Shown: one piece after another, positions 11,357-23,928 of the stretch | Layout: every line of letters begins with the position of its first letter | How positions within the stretch are numbered: position 1 is the stretch's first letter | Source: Emiliania huxleyi CCMP1516 | Lineage: Eukaryota | Length of the DNA: 64,000 nt | Reading direction: 5' to 3' | Assembly (NCBI RefSeq): GCF_000372725.1 | Contig: NW_005201259.1 | Coordinates: forward strand, 159,015 to 223,014 | Made by a program: the position numbers and the translations under genes | Notes under the pieces: generated by a model | Databases searched by the model: none | What the model was told of the DNA's origin: nothing | What the model saw: the letters and a program-made list of their open reading frames with translations, nothing else

Positions 11357-14066
11357 TCAGTCGGACGCCGAGGCCTCAAGAGCCGCCACGAGCGCCGGAG
11401 AGACGGACGCCTTGTGCTTCGGCGCGTGGAAGCGGGAGAAAGTGAACTCGGTCGCGTGCGGGCTCGCCACCTCGTACATGGCCGCCTCGCCCTCGATCGC
11501 GCCCTCCGCCATCGCCGTCGTCCTAAAGTGGCCCTCCTCGGGGTACTCGTCAACCTTGCCGAAGCGAGGCGCGGTCGACGAGAAAGACTGGCCGATGATG
11601 CCATGAGGCAAGCCTCGCGCCGCGGCGTCGCCCTTGGCACTGAATGTGAGGTCGAGGCGGTGCGCCGGGCCCGACAGCCGGTTGAAGACGTGGTTCCCGT
11701 GCACACCAAGCGTCCAGTTGCCCAGACTGACCGTGGCACTCGCCAAGTCGACCACGATGCTGAGCGCGCCGCACTGCCGGCGGCTCTTTGGGCCCAAGCG
11801 GAAAACGCGCCCGCCGCACGTGCCGTTGACCACCTGCCAGCCCCAATTCTCGCGGTTGAGCTCGGCCGCCCAGTACGAGGCGGTCGCACGCCCGCCCTCG
11901 GCCGCGCCGACGGCCGCAACGACGTGCGCCTCGGTGATGAAGGAGCCGTCCACCTACCCGCCGACACGCCCGCGGGTGAGGTGGGAGGCCGCCGGGGAGG
12001 TCAGCGGGGGCGGGGAGCGTCGAGCCGTCAGCTTCCCGTTGTGAAGCGTGAAGGCTGCGTCCTCTGTCCTCACGATGACGGAGAAGCCCGGCGCCGAGAA
12101 GAAGTTGTAGTAGGCGCCGTCGCGCCCGCGGAAGTCTGCGCGCCTATCGGGTGGGTCGCGGGACGTGTCATCGCACACGACGCGCACGGGCGGCCACCGG
12201 GCAGGCCGTGACGCGTTGCCCGCCGTGGGCAAAGTGAAGGTGCGGGTCCTTGTCGGAGCCGGCCGGCGACGACGGGGGCGGCGGCGTCGGCGCCCTGCCG
12301 GGCGGGTAGGGCGGCGGCGAGGGCGGCGGCGTCGGCGCCTTGCCGGGCGGGTAGGGCGGCGGTAGTGGGAACTGGGAGTTGCACGGAAATTTGAACGTTG
12401 CGCTAGGGTTGCTGGAAATTTCAGGCCCGCTCGACAACATATAGGTTACCCGCGCAGCCTCCGTGGAAAACTCGAGATCCGCCGGAAAGTCGTTGACTGG
12501 GAGGTAGAAAGTAAAGGGGACTTTCAGCCCGCCGAGCAGGCAGTCCCTGTCGCTGTTCCCATCTATTGGGTCTGACGCATATGCGTCTCCTTCCTTGCAT
12601 TCAGGTATCTCGGCTTCGTCGAGCACGGCCGTCCGGTTTACTAGGTACGGATACGCCATCGCGCTGTCGAAGCATTTTCCAGGGAAGCGTGCACCACCAT
12701 CCGGCACATCTAGCTTGTAAGCAATATCCGCATTGGACCTGGTAGCAAGGAAGAATCCGTCATTAAACCCGTTGCCAGTTACTTTGCTCTGTTGTGACTC
12801 CATTTGCAAGGTATTGGGGAGGAAGGCCTCATGATTGTCCTCCAGGTCGGGGATGGAACATATTTCCTCCTGGTTGAACGAGGATTGCCCAAACGCTCTC
12901 GTGTTGCTCGGGAATTTGTCGAAGTTCTCGTACGGCTGCCCCACGCCCTCCGCGCGGAGGCGTTCCCCGCCGACAGGTGTGCGAAGTGCACCTTCGATTC
13001 GAATGACGTCCATCTGCGGCACGACGGTCTCGTTGACGCACGCAGCCTCGCACTGCCGTTTCAAACCATTCCTCTTTCCGCACTTGTAGGGCGTCCTCGA
13101 GTACCTCGCGCCGCCCCGGTAGTAAAAGGTTGGCCCGTCGGCGTAGTCAGATGGTTGTTGATAGTTGTCGTAGCCGTGGATCGGAAGAAAGCCGCAGCCG
13201 GCCATCTGCCCCTCCACATCGGGGTAAGGGCCATCGGGCCATTTACCTCTCGGTGCTTTTGCCGCTGTGAAATATGGATTTTGGCGGCCGTACACCGCTT
13301 GGTCCGGGGGTCCGTACTGCGGATTTGTTGGTCTGTAGGCAATGTCTGATTCCGTCGCCGAGCTCGAGCTATTGTTGGGCTGCACACCAAAGGTCATCGG
13401 CGATCCGTCCGCAAGCGTGCCTTTGAGTTGGAAGCGGATGCCGAGTATGTTTTTTAGTAGGTTGTTTGGGTCCTGAAGCGTGACCTTCAGCATCTTGATG
13501 ATGCGGTCCTCTGCGTCTTCGTCTCGGAGGTGGCAATGGCCGCCTCGGGCGTACCGCGTATCGCTGCACGGTTTGTCGGAGCTGGCGTCGTACGCGTCAG
13601 AATACGTCGTATACTCGTAGGGGCCCCAATAATACGGATAGTCCTCTGCGCCTCCACTATTCTCCTCGGTGTTCTTCATACCCGGCCCCCCGAAGAGCTG
13701 TATATCATGGCCGTTTTCATTGGTGAAAAATTCCGAGCCAGCGTCGTTCTTAAGCGCGTTTTCTTTCTTGAGCCGAGTTTTGCACGAGTAGAGGTCGTCG
13801 GTGTCCAGGTTTGGGCACTCGACCAGGTCCATGTCTGGCGTTGGTGTTTTTGGCGTCTGATCGTATAGTTCGCAGTTGCTGAGCGTGCAGTTGGTCCAAC
13901 CCCCCCGATATCCGTCAAACTCAAAGAAGTCGACGCAAAATTCATAACCTGAGGGAGATGAATCTTGGAGCTTCCGCCTGCGACTTGAGGTTGGACCAGC
14001 AAACTGCCAGTCGGCCGCCGCCTTAACTACTGCCGCGGTGACGAGCAGCGCAAGGAGCCAGCCCAT
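11357..14066 (-). CDS. Secreted Cys-rich protein with Pro-rich linker and C-terminal DPH-initiated (vWD/root-cap-like) domain, multi-exon
   Basis: Signal peptide MGWLLALLVTAAVVKAAA; RRRKLQ basic site; PPPYPPG repeats; DKDPHLHFAHGG|RADFRGRDGAYYNFFS...DGSFITEAH...PHGIIGQSF across two short introns. Confidence 0.75.
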
Positions 14067-15021
14067 CTCGCTCCTCGACGTTCCCGCGCAGCCGTGTGCC
14101 GGCACCGTGTAAAAACACAGAGCCGCGCGGCCAAAACCCATAAGTCGGCGCATCCGGACGACCGACGGGGGCGCCGGCCCAATTCTCCTGTTATTTTTTT
14201 GTCGCTTTCGGTTTTTACCCTCACGAGCCCCGGAGGGGAGCTTCATAGACACCTCACTTGACCCCACACATGCTCTCGTTCGTCCGTGCCTCACCAGCGA
14301 GTTAGTTTGCTAGATAGAGGCGGAAAAGAGCGCTGTAGAATAGGCTGCGGTACCAGTCGGAGGTGAAGCGGAGGCGAGACCTCGGCCAAAGAAGAGACAT
14401 CAGAAACGGCTACAGCGACCGTCAGGCGACGCTCGGCTGGCGAATAAAAGAGCGAATCAGGGAGAACCGGAGCCCCGGGAAGTCGAGCAGTGGAACCCTG
14501 GGACGGGATGCTGAGTGAGGACCTGTGTACGTGCGTGGTGTACAGCGTCGTGTCTACTAGCTCCGTGTAGAGGGGGCGTTCTGAAGTTAAGGGGAAACCC
14601 GGTACACGGAACCAACCCTCGGAGACCAGTGTTTACTTTACGGCCCTTTCCCTGCGAACGCGCACCCCCGGGGCTAGGGCTCTCTAGCCCGTAACCCGAT
14701 CCCGATCATCCGGCCCGCTGGGTGCGCTTCTGAGCTCCCCGGCCCTGGATGTGAGGTTAATAACTGCACTCCAAGTGCTCCAAGTGCTCCAAGAATAGAG
14801 CTGTAGAGCTGTGCACCACACGGAACGCATCTCCATCGCTTCGGTGAAGGGGGTGAACCGCGCGCCATCCTCGATCGCCGTGCAAAGCTCGCTAGTCCGA
14901 GCTCTCACTCATGCCGCGCGTAGGGCACTTAGGCTTAGGCCTCATGCCAAGAATGACTGACACATGTCCCTAAATCCCATCTCGTCTCAGAGTTTGACCG
15001 TTTTCTTTCTCTATTTATCTC

Positions 15022-15344
15022 GGTTTGTCAGAGATAGTCAGGGCCGTCCATCAGAGCTCCAGACTCCAGAGTCCAGTAAGCTCGGAGACACCCCATTTAG
15101 TGCGCGGCTCGACCTCTTTGAGTCATTTGCCTTCCCGGCGGTTTTGTTGTAGAGCCTCTACAACAAACTTACGGCAAAATCGCTCTACATCTGCGGCCGG
15201 TCCATTCACGCGCCGGATGTAGAGCTCTACAGCTCTACCCGGGCTCCGGAGCGCTCTACAGCTCTGTACAGCTCCGCTCTACAGCGCTCTACACTCTACA
15301 TCCTCTACACAGTCTACACCCCCCCCCCCCCTCCCCTCCCTCAG
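15022..15344. mobile_element. Right-hand fragment of the CTCTACA element (cf. 26485-27352)
   Basis: Matches 27072-27352 (gatagtcaggg...aagctcggagacacccc...ctctaca arrays) and ends ccctccctcag. Confidence 0.85.
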
Positions 15345-15652
15345 TCGCAAGGTGCGGGGCAGCCCCTGCTCTAGTCTCACTCACACGTCGCGCGTGCCTC
15401 TGTCGCCTTGTGGTGTCTGACTGTGTGTGTGTTGTTGTGCTCGTGTGCTGTTGTTTGTGCCCTCTCTTGGCACCTTCGGTGCGGGGGGGGGGGGGGGCGA
15501 CAGGGGGGATTTCCCTTACAATCGCTGTGAACCCAACCACGCGTAGATCTCTCGAGGGAGAGATGCGCCCCGGGGGTCGCCCCCCCTTGTGTGCGCCCTC
15601 TTGGGTCTTGCGTCTTGGCTCTCCATTGCGCGCCAGACCACAGCGCGGCCAC

Positions 15653-16819
15653 CCGAGCCCACGACAAAATTGGGGGAAATTTTGGTGAGGCGTCTCTCTG
15701 TCTCACGGGTGTTTCGTCCCTGCCTCACTTGCATGATTTTTCCGTCTCTCTGCGTCTCTCCAAGCGTCTCTCTGCTGTCACAGTGCTGAGTTTAGTGTCG
15801 CAGGTGCGTCTCTCAGATGCGTCTCACATTCCGTCTCTTTCGGCGCGCCGCGTATCACTCAGTCTCACGGCTGGGCTGAGACGTCACAGTCCTGAGCGAA
15901 GTGAGTCGTCTCACTTCCTTCTGAGACAGTGCTGAGCCACAATGAGACGCGGCGCAGGGCGGGGGGGTTTTGAGACGCCACAAGCCGCTGCTTGATTGAG
16001 TCGTACTCAGGTCCGTTAGAGACCGTGCTGAGCCCCTGACGCCCTGAGACGCAATTGTGGCGATTGAGGAGACTCAACTCAGGCTGTGTCTGAGGTGCGG
16101 CCTGGTGGGTCTCGGTGAGTGTAGACGAACCCTAAGCATAATCGCGCTCTATGGCTCAAACGGCGCGTAGCCCGCCTGTTGCTCTTATCGTGCTCTCAGA
16201 CGCAAAAGGCGCGTAGCCGGTTGCTCTCGCGGGCAGGGCGGTTCGGGTTAGTGCCCAGCACTACGCCCTCGCCCTCTGTTCGTCACGGCTACGCCCTCGG
16301 CTCGATGAGTACTTTGCACTGACCGCTCTGAGCACTGAGGTGAGGCGTGTCGGACGATCCCAACATAATCGCGCTCATATCGCGCTCTCTGGCCCAAACG
16401 GCGCGTAGCCGGTTGCTCTCGCGGGCAGGGCGGGTCGGGTTAGTGCCCACACCACTACGCTCTCGCCCTCTGTTCGTCACGGCTACGCCCTTACCGTGAG
16501 ACGAGTGTGAGGCGCTCTGAGATGAAATGACGAGACGTAGTAGAGACGACATCGTCACACAGCAGGGGTGAACATTTGTCTCACGGGTGGTCTCAAACCG
16601 CACGTCTCTGAAGGTGGACTGTGCCACCCTTGAGACAAAGTGAGACTGTTGCTGTGACCAGGCTGAGACAACACAGAGATCGGTGAGAGTCTGTGAGACA
16701 TTACTGAGACGCATTTGTGACACTGCCCCGGGGGCGTTGAGAACAGCGGGACGAAACACCCGTGTGAGACAGGGACGTCTCACCTGTTCGCCCCAAAATA
16801 TTTTGGGTCTTTGCCGCAG
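15653..16819. mobile_element. Degenerate TIR element with GTCTCA/TGAGAC arrays and an internal ~130-bp duplication
   Basis: tgtctcacgggtgtttcgtccc (~15700) is inverse to gggacgaaacacccgtgtgagaca (~16750); ~16135-16290 is repeated at ~16365-16490; termini approximate. Confidence 0.7.
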
Positions 16820-16884
16820 TTTGTGTGTGTGGAGACGTTCACACGTCTTACCTTTCCCTACCTGAAAAATGGGGGCGCCTCTGT

Positions 16885-16887
<3 letters not shown>

Positions 16888-16945
<58 letters not shown>
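16888..16945. repeat. (CT)n microsatellite
   Basis: Directly visible. Confidence 0.95.
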
Positions 16946-16948
<3 letters not shown>

Positions 16949-17141
16949 GTAAATCGACAAATCCCGAACCGTTCGCTGAGTCAACACTCCATCCGACCGC
17001 CTCAGCCCGCCCGTCGCACTCGCCCTCCAAGTCCACCCCAGGTTAGTCCTCGCGCGCGCGGAGAGTCAGCCCTCAATCTTGATGCCGCGGGATCGGCACG
17101 CCTCCTCGAGGGCGTGCTTGCCTACAGCCGAGAATGGTCCA

Positions 17142-18014
17142 TCACGGGTGGAACATTTCGCCATGCCCACCGCGCCGCACGAGCACGCGGCCGCCGTCGG
17201 GGGTGGTGTCGTTCTTACCGGTGATGCGGATCGTCTTGAGCATCGGCAAGTGGGGCGGCGTGCGGCGCAGGAGCTCAGCGATGCAGCGGAGTCCGTCGTC
17301 GCCGACCTGGTGTGAGTGAGGGAGGATTGCAGAGCACGAAGAGGGCAGGGGGGGGGGGGGGGAGCGAGCCGCCCCGCGCTCGAAAAGCGTGTCCACGCCC
17401 AGCCCGACGTCGACAAGCTGTGGCCACCCAGAGGAGGTGATGGCCTGGAGCAGGCACGGCCGTAATGTGGCCAAGGTGCAGCCGAAGTCGAGGTCCGGCC
17501 GAGAGGGGGTGGGCGGATGCGCGTGTCCGAACGGCGGGGCGGGGCGGTTTTGCGCCCCGGTTGACGCAAGGTGGCACGTGATCCCGCCGGGGCTTAAGGG
17601 GCGTGAGGCGCCTTCCCGATGGCCGAGACGTGGTACTCGAACGTGGGCCAGCCTCGCTCGTGGTAGGGCGTGTGGCTGCCATCGTTTGCAGTCTCGGTGT
17701 TCCCGTCGGTGACGAAGAAGCACCTGCCCACAGGAGGCGCCGTGAAGAGGGCGCTCGCCACCGCGCGCTGCCTGTCGAGCCGCGCCCGCGCACGTAGTCA
17801 GTTGGTGTGCGTACCACACCTGCATGCGCGTTAGAGCCGCGCGCAGTGCCATCGTCGGCCCCTCCCCGATAGGGGGCTCCTCCTTGGCGCGCGGCGGCTG
17901 GAAGAGCGAGCAAAAGTCAAAGAAGACCGCGACGCGCGACGGGAGGGTCTGCCAAGTGTAGGGCCCCTTGGACACCTGGTGGGCGCGCGCGCAGGGGGGA
18001 GGTGTGTTGTGTGC

Positions 18015-18050
<36 letters not shown>

Positions 18051-19771
18051 GCGCGCGTGCGCGCGTGCGTGCCGTGCGTATGCGTGTGTGGGAGGGGAGG
18101 GGAGGGGGGGGGGGCGGATAACGAGAGCGGCGGCGAGGCAGGAGGGGTGTGTGCACGCGGCCACGTCGGCGCCTGGATGGCCTGCGCCGTCGTGATGGCG
18201 TCCGCCAGCATCAGTAGCGTCCGGCCTGCAGCGTGGATACCAGAGGGTCGGGTGGTACACCGCTGGCGCCCACGGGACTCCTCGCCGCGTCTGCCGCAAG
18301 GCGGCATCTGCCACCCTGCGCCGCAGTTCCCAGGACCACACACCGGCTCGCACCACCGGGCGAGGAGTGGTGGTGGTGTGGCGGTGGTGGTGGGTGGTGA
18401 TGAGGGGGGGGGGGGGTGCTGGGATGGCCTCTTGCTCGTTCCGAGGCTCGGCGCTAGTGCGGAGCGAGGCGCCTTCTCGATCGATCTTGCGCTTCTCTCT
18501 TGCGCCTCTCGCTCGCGCTTCTCTCTCGCGCATCTAGCCGCGGGCCGTGAGGGTCCGGGTGCTCCTCCGACTCCCACGAGTGAGAGACCGCAAGCACTGC
18601 CATCGGGAAGCCCGCGTTGCGTGGGCCGCGGGGAAGCGCCTTGACCTCCTCCGCGCTGTAGTAGGCGGAGGGCTCCAGCACTTCCTGCAGCCCGCGCGGG
18701 GGGGGGGGGGGGAGGGTGGCACGAGCGGGTCAGGGGCGGCCGGTGCCCTGCGTGAATTGCAAGGGCGACGAAGACAGCGGGCGGCGAGGGGCAGTGCGGC
18801 GGAAGAGACGGGCGGAAGACGGGCACGCGTGTCGTCTCGGGTGCTGGCCGGAGAAGACTGAGTGTGCATCTACGGTGTGGATCTACGGCCGACTCGCCAA
18901 CTCTTGCCGCCGTGGCAGCGTCAGCGCGCGCCGCCGGTCGGCGGGCTGCGCGGTGTCGCAGACGCGCGAGAGGTCACGAGGGTGGGGACCCGGCCGTGGG
19001 GAGGGACGGGCATGTGGGGCCGTGCATGTGCGCGCAGAGTGGAGCCGGAGGCGGAGGGTCCGCGCGGGAGCGTGTCGGGAGTGCGCCGCTCACCACCGCA
19101 CGCAACTGCGCCGCTCGGGCGACAACCCTGCGAGGGGCGAGATGCGCAGACAGATGCGCAGAGAGGCTCGCGATGGCGACGGCAGAGAGGCGGCACGCGT
19201 GCACGTGCAGCGTGAACGGCACGAGCACACTCGCCCCCCCCTCGGGCGGCACCTCGGGCGGCACCTCGTGGGGGCTGCACTAGGTGGGGGGCTGCACTCC
19301 GTCGGCATCTAGCGCGGCATCTAGCGCGGCGGACCACTCGGAGCGCAGCAGCCGGACGGGAGGCACCAGGCGCAGCCCTGGCTGCGGCTCGAGCTCGCCT
19401 GAGAGGGGAGTGAGAGGGGAGGCGTCGACACGCTGCAGCGCGAGGCGCGAGGCAGGCAGGCGCGAGGCAGGCAGGCTGCAGGCTAGAGGCGAGCTCGAGG
19501 CAGACAGAGCGGCATGCGACACGAGATGCGGCGGCGCGACGGCGCAGGCGGCGCAGGCGCGGCGAGGAGCGGCGGCCAGACGACCGCCACCCCTCGCGCG
19601 CGCGCCCCACCGCCGCTGCGTGTCCCCTCCAGTCCCCTCCAGCGCCTCGAGCAGAGCCTCTCCGGTGCCTCGTGTCGTCTCGAATCCGGCACCGCGGGCG
19701 CGGGCGCGGCGCAAGGGGGGGGGGGGGGGGGCGGGACACGCGCCGTAGATCGTGTCCGGGTCCGCGTACAT
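17142..19771 (-). CDS. HET-like domain protein with a remnant LRR, many introns; possibly internally truncated
   Basis: Exons give AVLAVSHSWESEEHPDPHG, RVAVFFDFCSLFQ, ALTRMQVWYAHQLT, TPYHERGWPTFE and a terminal VGDDGLRCIAELL. Start codon is tentative. Confidence 0.7.
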
Positions 19772-20600
19772 CGTGGGTGTGTCCGGGAGCGGCTCCCATT
19801 TGACACAGCAAGCCTCCGAGACCTGCGGCGGGCCCCGGGGCTCGGCTGTCAACACCGCGGCTGGGCACACGGCGCCGAGGCGGCCGCGCATGCGAGGGTC
19901 CGGTCTACGGGGAGGGGCCGCGCCAGCAGGAAGACAGCGTCTTCAAAACAGCACGCCGGCCTGCCCGGCCGCCCGGGATGCGCAGCAGGGCGCGTGTGCT
20001 ACACCGGTGCGACATCTACCCTCAGCCACCCCGCTCAAGATGGCCTCCACCGCCTCCGCGGCAGCCGCCGCCGCCGTCGTCGCCTCCACCCGCCGCGCCT
20101 CGACGGCGGCGGCCGCTGCGCGCGCCTCCGCCTCGACCTCCGCCCTCGACCTCGACGCTGCCGCCGCACCCGGTGCCCTCTATGCCGCCTCCGCTGATGC
20201 GGCCTCCGCCGTCGCATGACGCGCAACCGTCGCCTTCTGAGAGGTGGCGGCGGTGCGCGCTGCCGGAAGGACCTGCCCGAGGCACCTGGCGGCACCGGCG
20301 GATGCGAGGGGTCGAGAGGCAGACGCGGAGGCCTGGTCGGGTAGGCGAGGGCAGGCCGAGCGCAGGAGAGGGCCGGGGGCGGGGAGGCGCAGCGCACGAG
20401 CTGCGGCGGTGCGGGGAGGTGCGGGGGCGGGGGGTGGGGGTGCTCGGCCCAGAGAGCGGGCCCCACGGCGCGGGGGCGCGGCACCGAGGAGCGGCGGTGG
20501 CGATTTCGGCGCGGAGGAGCGGGCAGAAGGGAAGCAGGGCAGAAAGGGTGGCAAAAAGGGGTGTCTGGCGCGCTCTCGGTAGCTCCTTGGAAGAGGGCGA

Positions 20601-21230
20601 CTAGGCGACTAGGCGACAGGCACGGGGGCGCGGGGGCGGCTGTGGCGGACGGTACTTTAGACAGCCGATGCAGTACGAAGGCGGGCGGGTGACGTAGTGG
20701 AGAGGGACGCCGTGCTGGAGGAAGAGCGAGAGGTCGTTGCGAAGCCGCGCCGCCGTGTGAGGGCGCAGGCCAAACCTGCGAGCCACGGGGGCGGGCGAGT
20801 CATGGTACGTCATGGCGCGAGTGCGGCTGCCGTCCGAGGAGGAGGGAGCGCGAGGGGCGCGCTCGGGCTATGCGCCCCCCCCCCCCCTCCGAACCCGACC
20901 TAGCGCTCTTCACCGTGTCAGAAACGGCCCTTCGACCTCTTGAGCCAGAGAGGCGCCCGTCACGCCGGCGGCACGGAGCGGCGAGGCGATCGCATCGAGC
21001 TCGAGCCACGCGAGCAGGTGAGACACCTCGTCCACCGAGAGCGACTGGAGCGCTCTCCGCGTGTGCCCCACCCGGCCGGCGCCAGGCGCCGCCGCCGTGG
21101 CGCGGGCGAGCCGTTCGCGGGAAAGCTGGAGAAGCTCGAGCGCGGCCGCCGCCTCCTTTTCCGCCTGACTCACGAGCACATCGGATGCCGCATCGGAGGC
21201 GTCCAGGGCGCCGGCGGAAGTGGCCGGCAT
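20601..21230 (-). CDS. Small protein with SAM-like domain, probably two exons
   Basis: LQSLSVDEVSHLLAWLELDAIASPLRAAGVTGASL then RFGLRPHTAARLRNDL resembles the SAM helical pattern; splice junction not resolved. Confidence 0.4.
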
Positions 21231-21795
21231 CGGCGATTGATGTTAAAAAATTTCCTTCGCCGGCGGCGCTCTGCGTCGCGGACTCGCGGCATCCACCTTT
21301 AGAAGGCCAGCTCGGCACGTTGGGCAGAGCAAATCATTGTCAGTGTCACAACAAACATCTCTCTCTCTCTCTCGATGTATGTAGTATAAAATGAACTCGG
21401 GGGCACGGGACGCGGCACAAACGGGGCACAAACGCCAGGCTACAAAGACGGGGAGGCACGTAGTATGTATCATCATCAGATGTAGGGCGTGAGAGAGTGT
21501 TTGTTAGGGCGTGTGCAACGGCCTGTGCTGCAAAAAACAAATAATTTTAGGTGGGGTGTTCAAAGTATATAATAGGATAGGATTATAAAAATCGGGCGGT
21601 TGCCAGCGAGTACACTCGGCCGCTTGGTTTTGCTATGCCGGGCAAGAAGGGATGGTAGTTGTGGCACCATTTCAGAGGCGGGTTGGTAGTTGGAGCTGAC
21701 CAAAGTCGGCGGCGAGCGTCGACAAGTTTTGAGGTTGGCGAGACGGAAGCGGCGGGGACCGTCGCTGCTGTGGCAACCCGAGCGCAAGGGGGGAT

Positions 21796-23733
21796 ATGCC
21801 ACAGGAAACAGGAAAGGGCTGTTGTGGGTTGGTGCCCGCACCCACTGTGGCTGCCTTTGACGGCCGGCAGCGGCCCGTCAGCGTGGTGATTCCCTCGTAC
21901 GCGCGGATGGAGTACCTGGTTTGGAGCCTCAGCCTGCTGCTAAAGCTCGAGCCACTTGAGCGCAAGGGCTCTGAGATCCTTGTTGCCCACGGCAGCAACG
22001 CCAGCCTTGCATACGTCAGCGGGGCCGCCTGCAAAGCACAGCCCGCCTGCCACTCGCCAAAGGTTTGGCACGTCGACGTGATCGATTTGGACGCGAGTGG
22101 GATCGGTGTAGCGAGTCGGTACTTTGCGGCGGCCAAGGCGCGGAACGACATCCTTGTGCACCTCGATGACGATCTAGTACCCAGCCAGACGATGCTGCAG
22201 GATTTGGTTGACAAGGTTGCGAGCGAGGCTGGCTTTCCTAGCTACCCACACGCGCACGCACCCGGGCTTTACGGGGCGAGCTCGCAGTTTCGATGCTGCG
22301 GGGTTAGCGGGCTGTTGAATTGCAGGTATCCGCGCGACTCGCCCACGCTCGTCCTTACTAGCCTCGCCGCTTGCTCCAAAGCCCTCAACACGCGGTACCT
22401 TGACTTTTTTGACGCGTACCGACCCCTCCTCCTTCTGAATCGAGGCAACGGAGAGGATATTACTTACTCGCACTTCGCCTGGCTGCAAGGGCGTGGGGCC
22501 GCGTCAGACAATGTACGTCACGTGGGCAACTGCTCTTCTGATGCTCCCTCGACCGCAAATGGTAGCCGCGAGGCGAAACCGTGGCAGCAAGGTCTACGCT
22601 CGCGCTACAGGTGGGGCAGAACGATCACCAACAAGTGTGGTCCTACAGCAGCAAAGTCCACGGAGCGTACGTGCTCGAAAGGAAAAGGAGAGTTTGTGCC
22701 TTTAAAGCCGATGAAAATGGGGGTGCCCACGTTCTCGGATAAGAGAGACGTCGTCACCCACACGAAGTTCAAGGCCAGCCGTGACGCCATGTGTGTCGCC
22801 CTCTTCAGCATCCAAGGCTCGAGCCACTACCCGTTTGCGCAGTTGCAGGAATCGCTGCTGCAGGCAACTACTCGTTCGCCGCCGATGGCACGCGTGCTGC
22901 CTCTCCAGAGCATCGGTGCTACTGTTGTCGAGGCGGTCAGCGCCGTGGAGCGAGAACTGCTGGCGGCATATACCGCGAATCCGAAACAATCGGCCTGCGC
23001 GTGCATGCGTGCAAGCAACTACTCCCAGCAATGGGGCCTCATCTTTGTGCATGTGCCCAAGACCGGCGGGACGTCCATCGAAGAGGCGCTACTTGGCGGG
23101 GCTGTTGGGCCTGGCACTAAGCTGCACTCGTGCCACGCGTCTCTGAGTGACCTACTCGAGTGCGCCGCGAACTCCACCCCAGCCTTCTATGTCTGGCGCC
23201 ACCCGCTGGACCGGTTGGTTTCGCTCTTTGAGTATGCCAAAGCAGGCGGCAACGGTGAGAGGAACGACCTCTTGAGGTACGCGTGGATGAGAGATCGGAA
23301 CTTTAGCAACTTTGTGCACGAGCTAGCTCGCATCCGAGGGACGCTCGGGCAGCTTCCGAATATCTTCAAGACGCAGAGCTCATGGATGGGCTATCGCAAG
23401 CGCGCGACAGACGAGCGGGCAACGATATCATCGGCCACGCGTCGAAACGGCACACAAGCTGAAGTGATTGCGTTGCACTTTCACGCTCTTACACAGGGTT
23501 GGCGCGGTCTCGCCAACCAGTACCCGCGCTTGCCACAAAGAATTGGCCACTCCCGAGTCAGCCGTCACGCATGCTGGCCGTCCTATTACACAGATCCTTT
23601 GATTAACGAGTTGACGAGGCTGCTGTACGAGGATGACTTCGAGCTGGTTCACCCCTCGGTCGTGGAGGACGCACGCAGCGCAGCGCAGGCCTGTATAATG
23701 GGTCAACCACGCGGTCTATCATTAGGTAGCTGA
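21796..23733 (+). CDS. Fusion: GT64/EXTL2-like glycosyltransferase + Sulfotransfer_2-type sulfotransferase (645 aa ORF)
   Basis: N-half VSVVIPSYAR, SRYFAA...ILVHLDDDLVPS (DxD), NGEDITYS; C-half IFVHVPKTGGTSIE (5'-PSB), WRHPLDRLVSLFEY (3'-PB), LYEDDFEL. Confidence 0.8.
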   Translation: MPQETGKGCCGLVPAPTVAAFDGRQRPVSVVIPSYARMEYLVWSLSLLLKLEPLERKGSEILVAHGSNASLAYVSGAACKAQPACHSPKVWHVDVIDLDASGIGVASRYFAAAKARNDILVHLDDDLVPSQTMLQDLVDKVASEAGFPSYPHAHAPGLYGASSQFRCCGVSGLLNCRYPRDSPTLVLTSLAACSKALNTRYLDFFDAYRPLLLLNRGNGEDITYSHFAWLQGRGAASDNVRHVGNCSSDAPSTANGSREAKPWQQGLRSRYRWGRTITNKCGPTAAKSTERTCSKGKGEFVPLKPMKMGVPTFSDKRDVVTHTKFKASRDAMCVALFSIQGSSHYPFAQLQESLLQATTRSPPMARVLPLQSIGATVVEAVSAVERELLAAYTANPKQSACACMRASNYSQQWGLIFVHVPKTGGTSIEEALLGGAVGPGTKLHSCHASLSDLLECAANSTPAFYVWRHPLDRLVSLFEYAKAGGNGERNDLLRYAWMRDRNFSNFVHELARIRGTLGQLPNIFKTQSSWMGYRKRATDERATISSATRRNGTQAEVIALHFHALTQGWRGLANQYPRLPQRIGHSRVSRHACWPSYYTDPLINELTRLLYEDDFELVHPSVVEDARSAAQACIMGQPRGLSLGS

Positions 23734-23928
23734 TAGGGGCGGTCCGTAATTAGATGAACGAACCCAAGATCACGGACACACAGTCGAGAAAGAATTCTTA
23801 CAATACAAGCCACTCTCACAGCACACTGGCACGACAAGGGCGCGGACTGAAAAGAAAGAAAGCGAGCGTTCACACCAATCCTCGCTACACTCCGTGAGCG
23901 ACAAGCCCTTGCTTCGCCTGCCGAATAT

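Noticed and set aside
14334..14642. Possible solo LTR starting TGTAG with an AATAAA
   Set aside because: No CA end, TSD or second copy in the window.
19978..20604. Ala/Arg/Pro-rich ORFs
   Set aside because: Low-complexity GC-rich sequence without domain signal.
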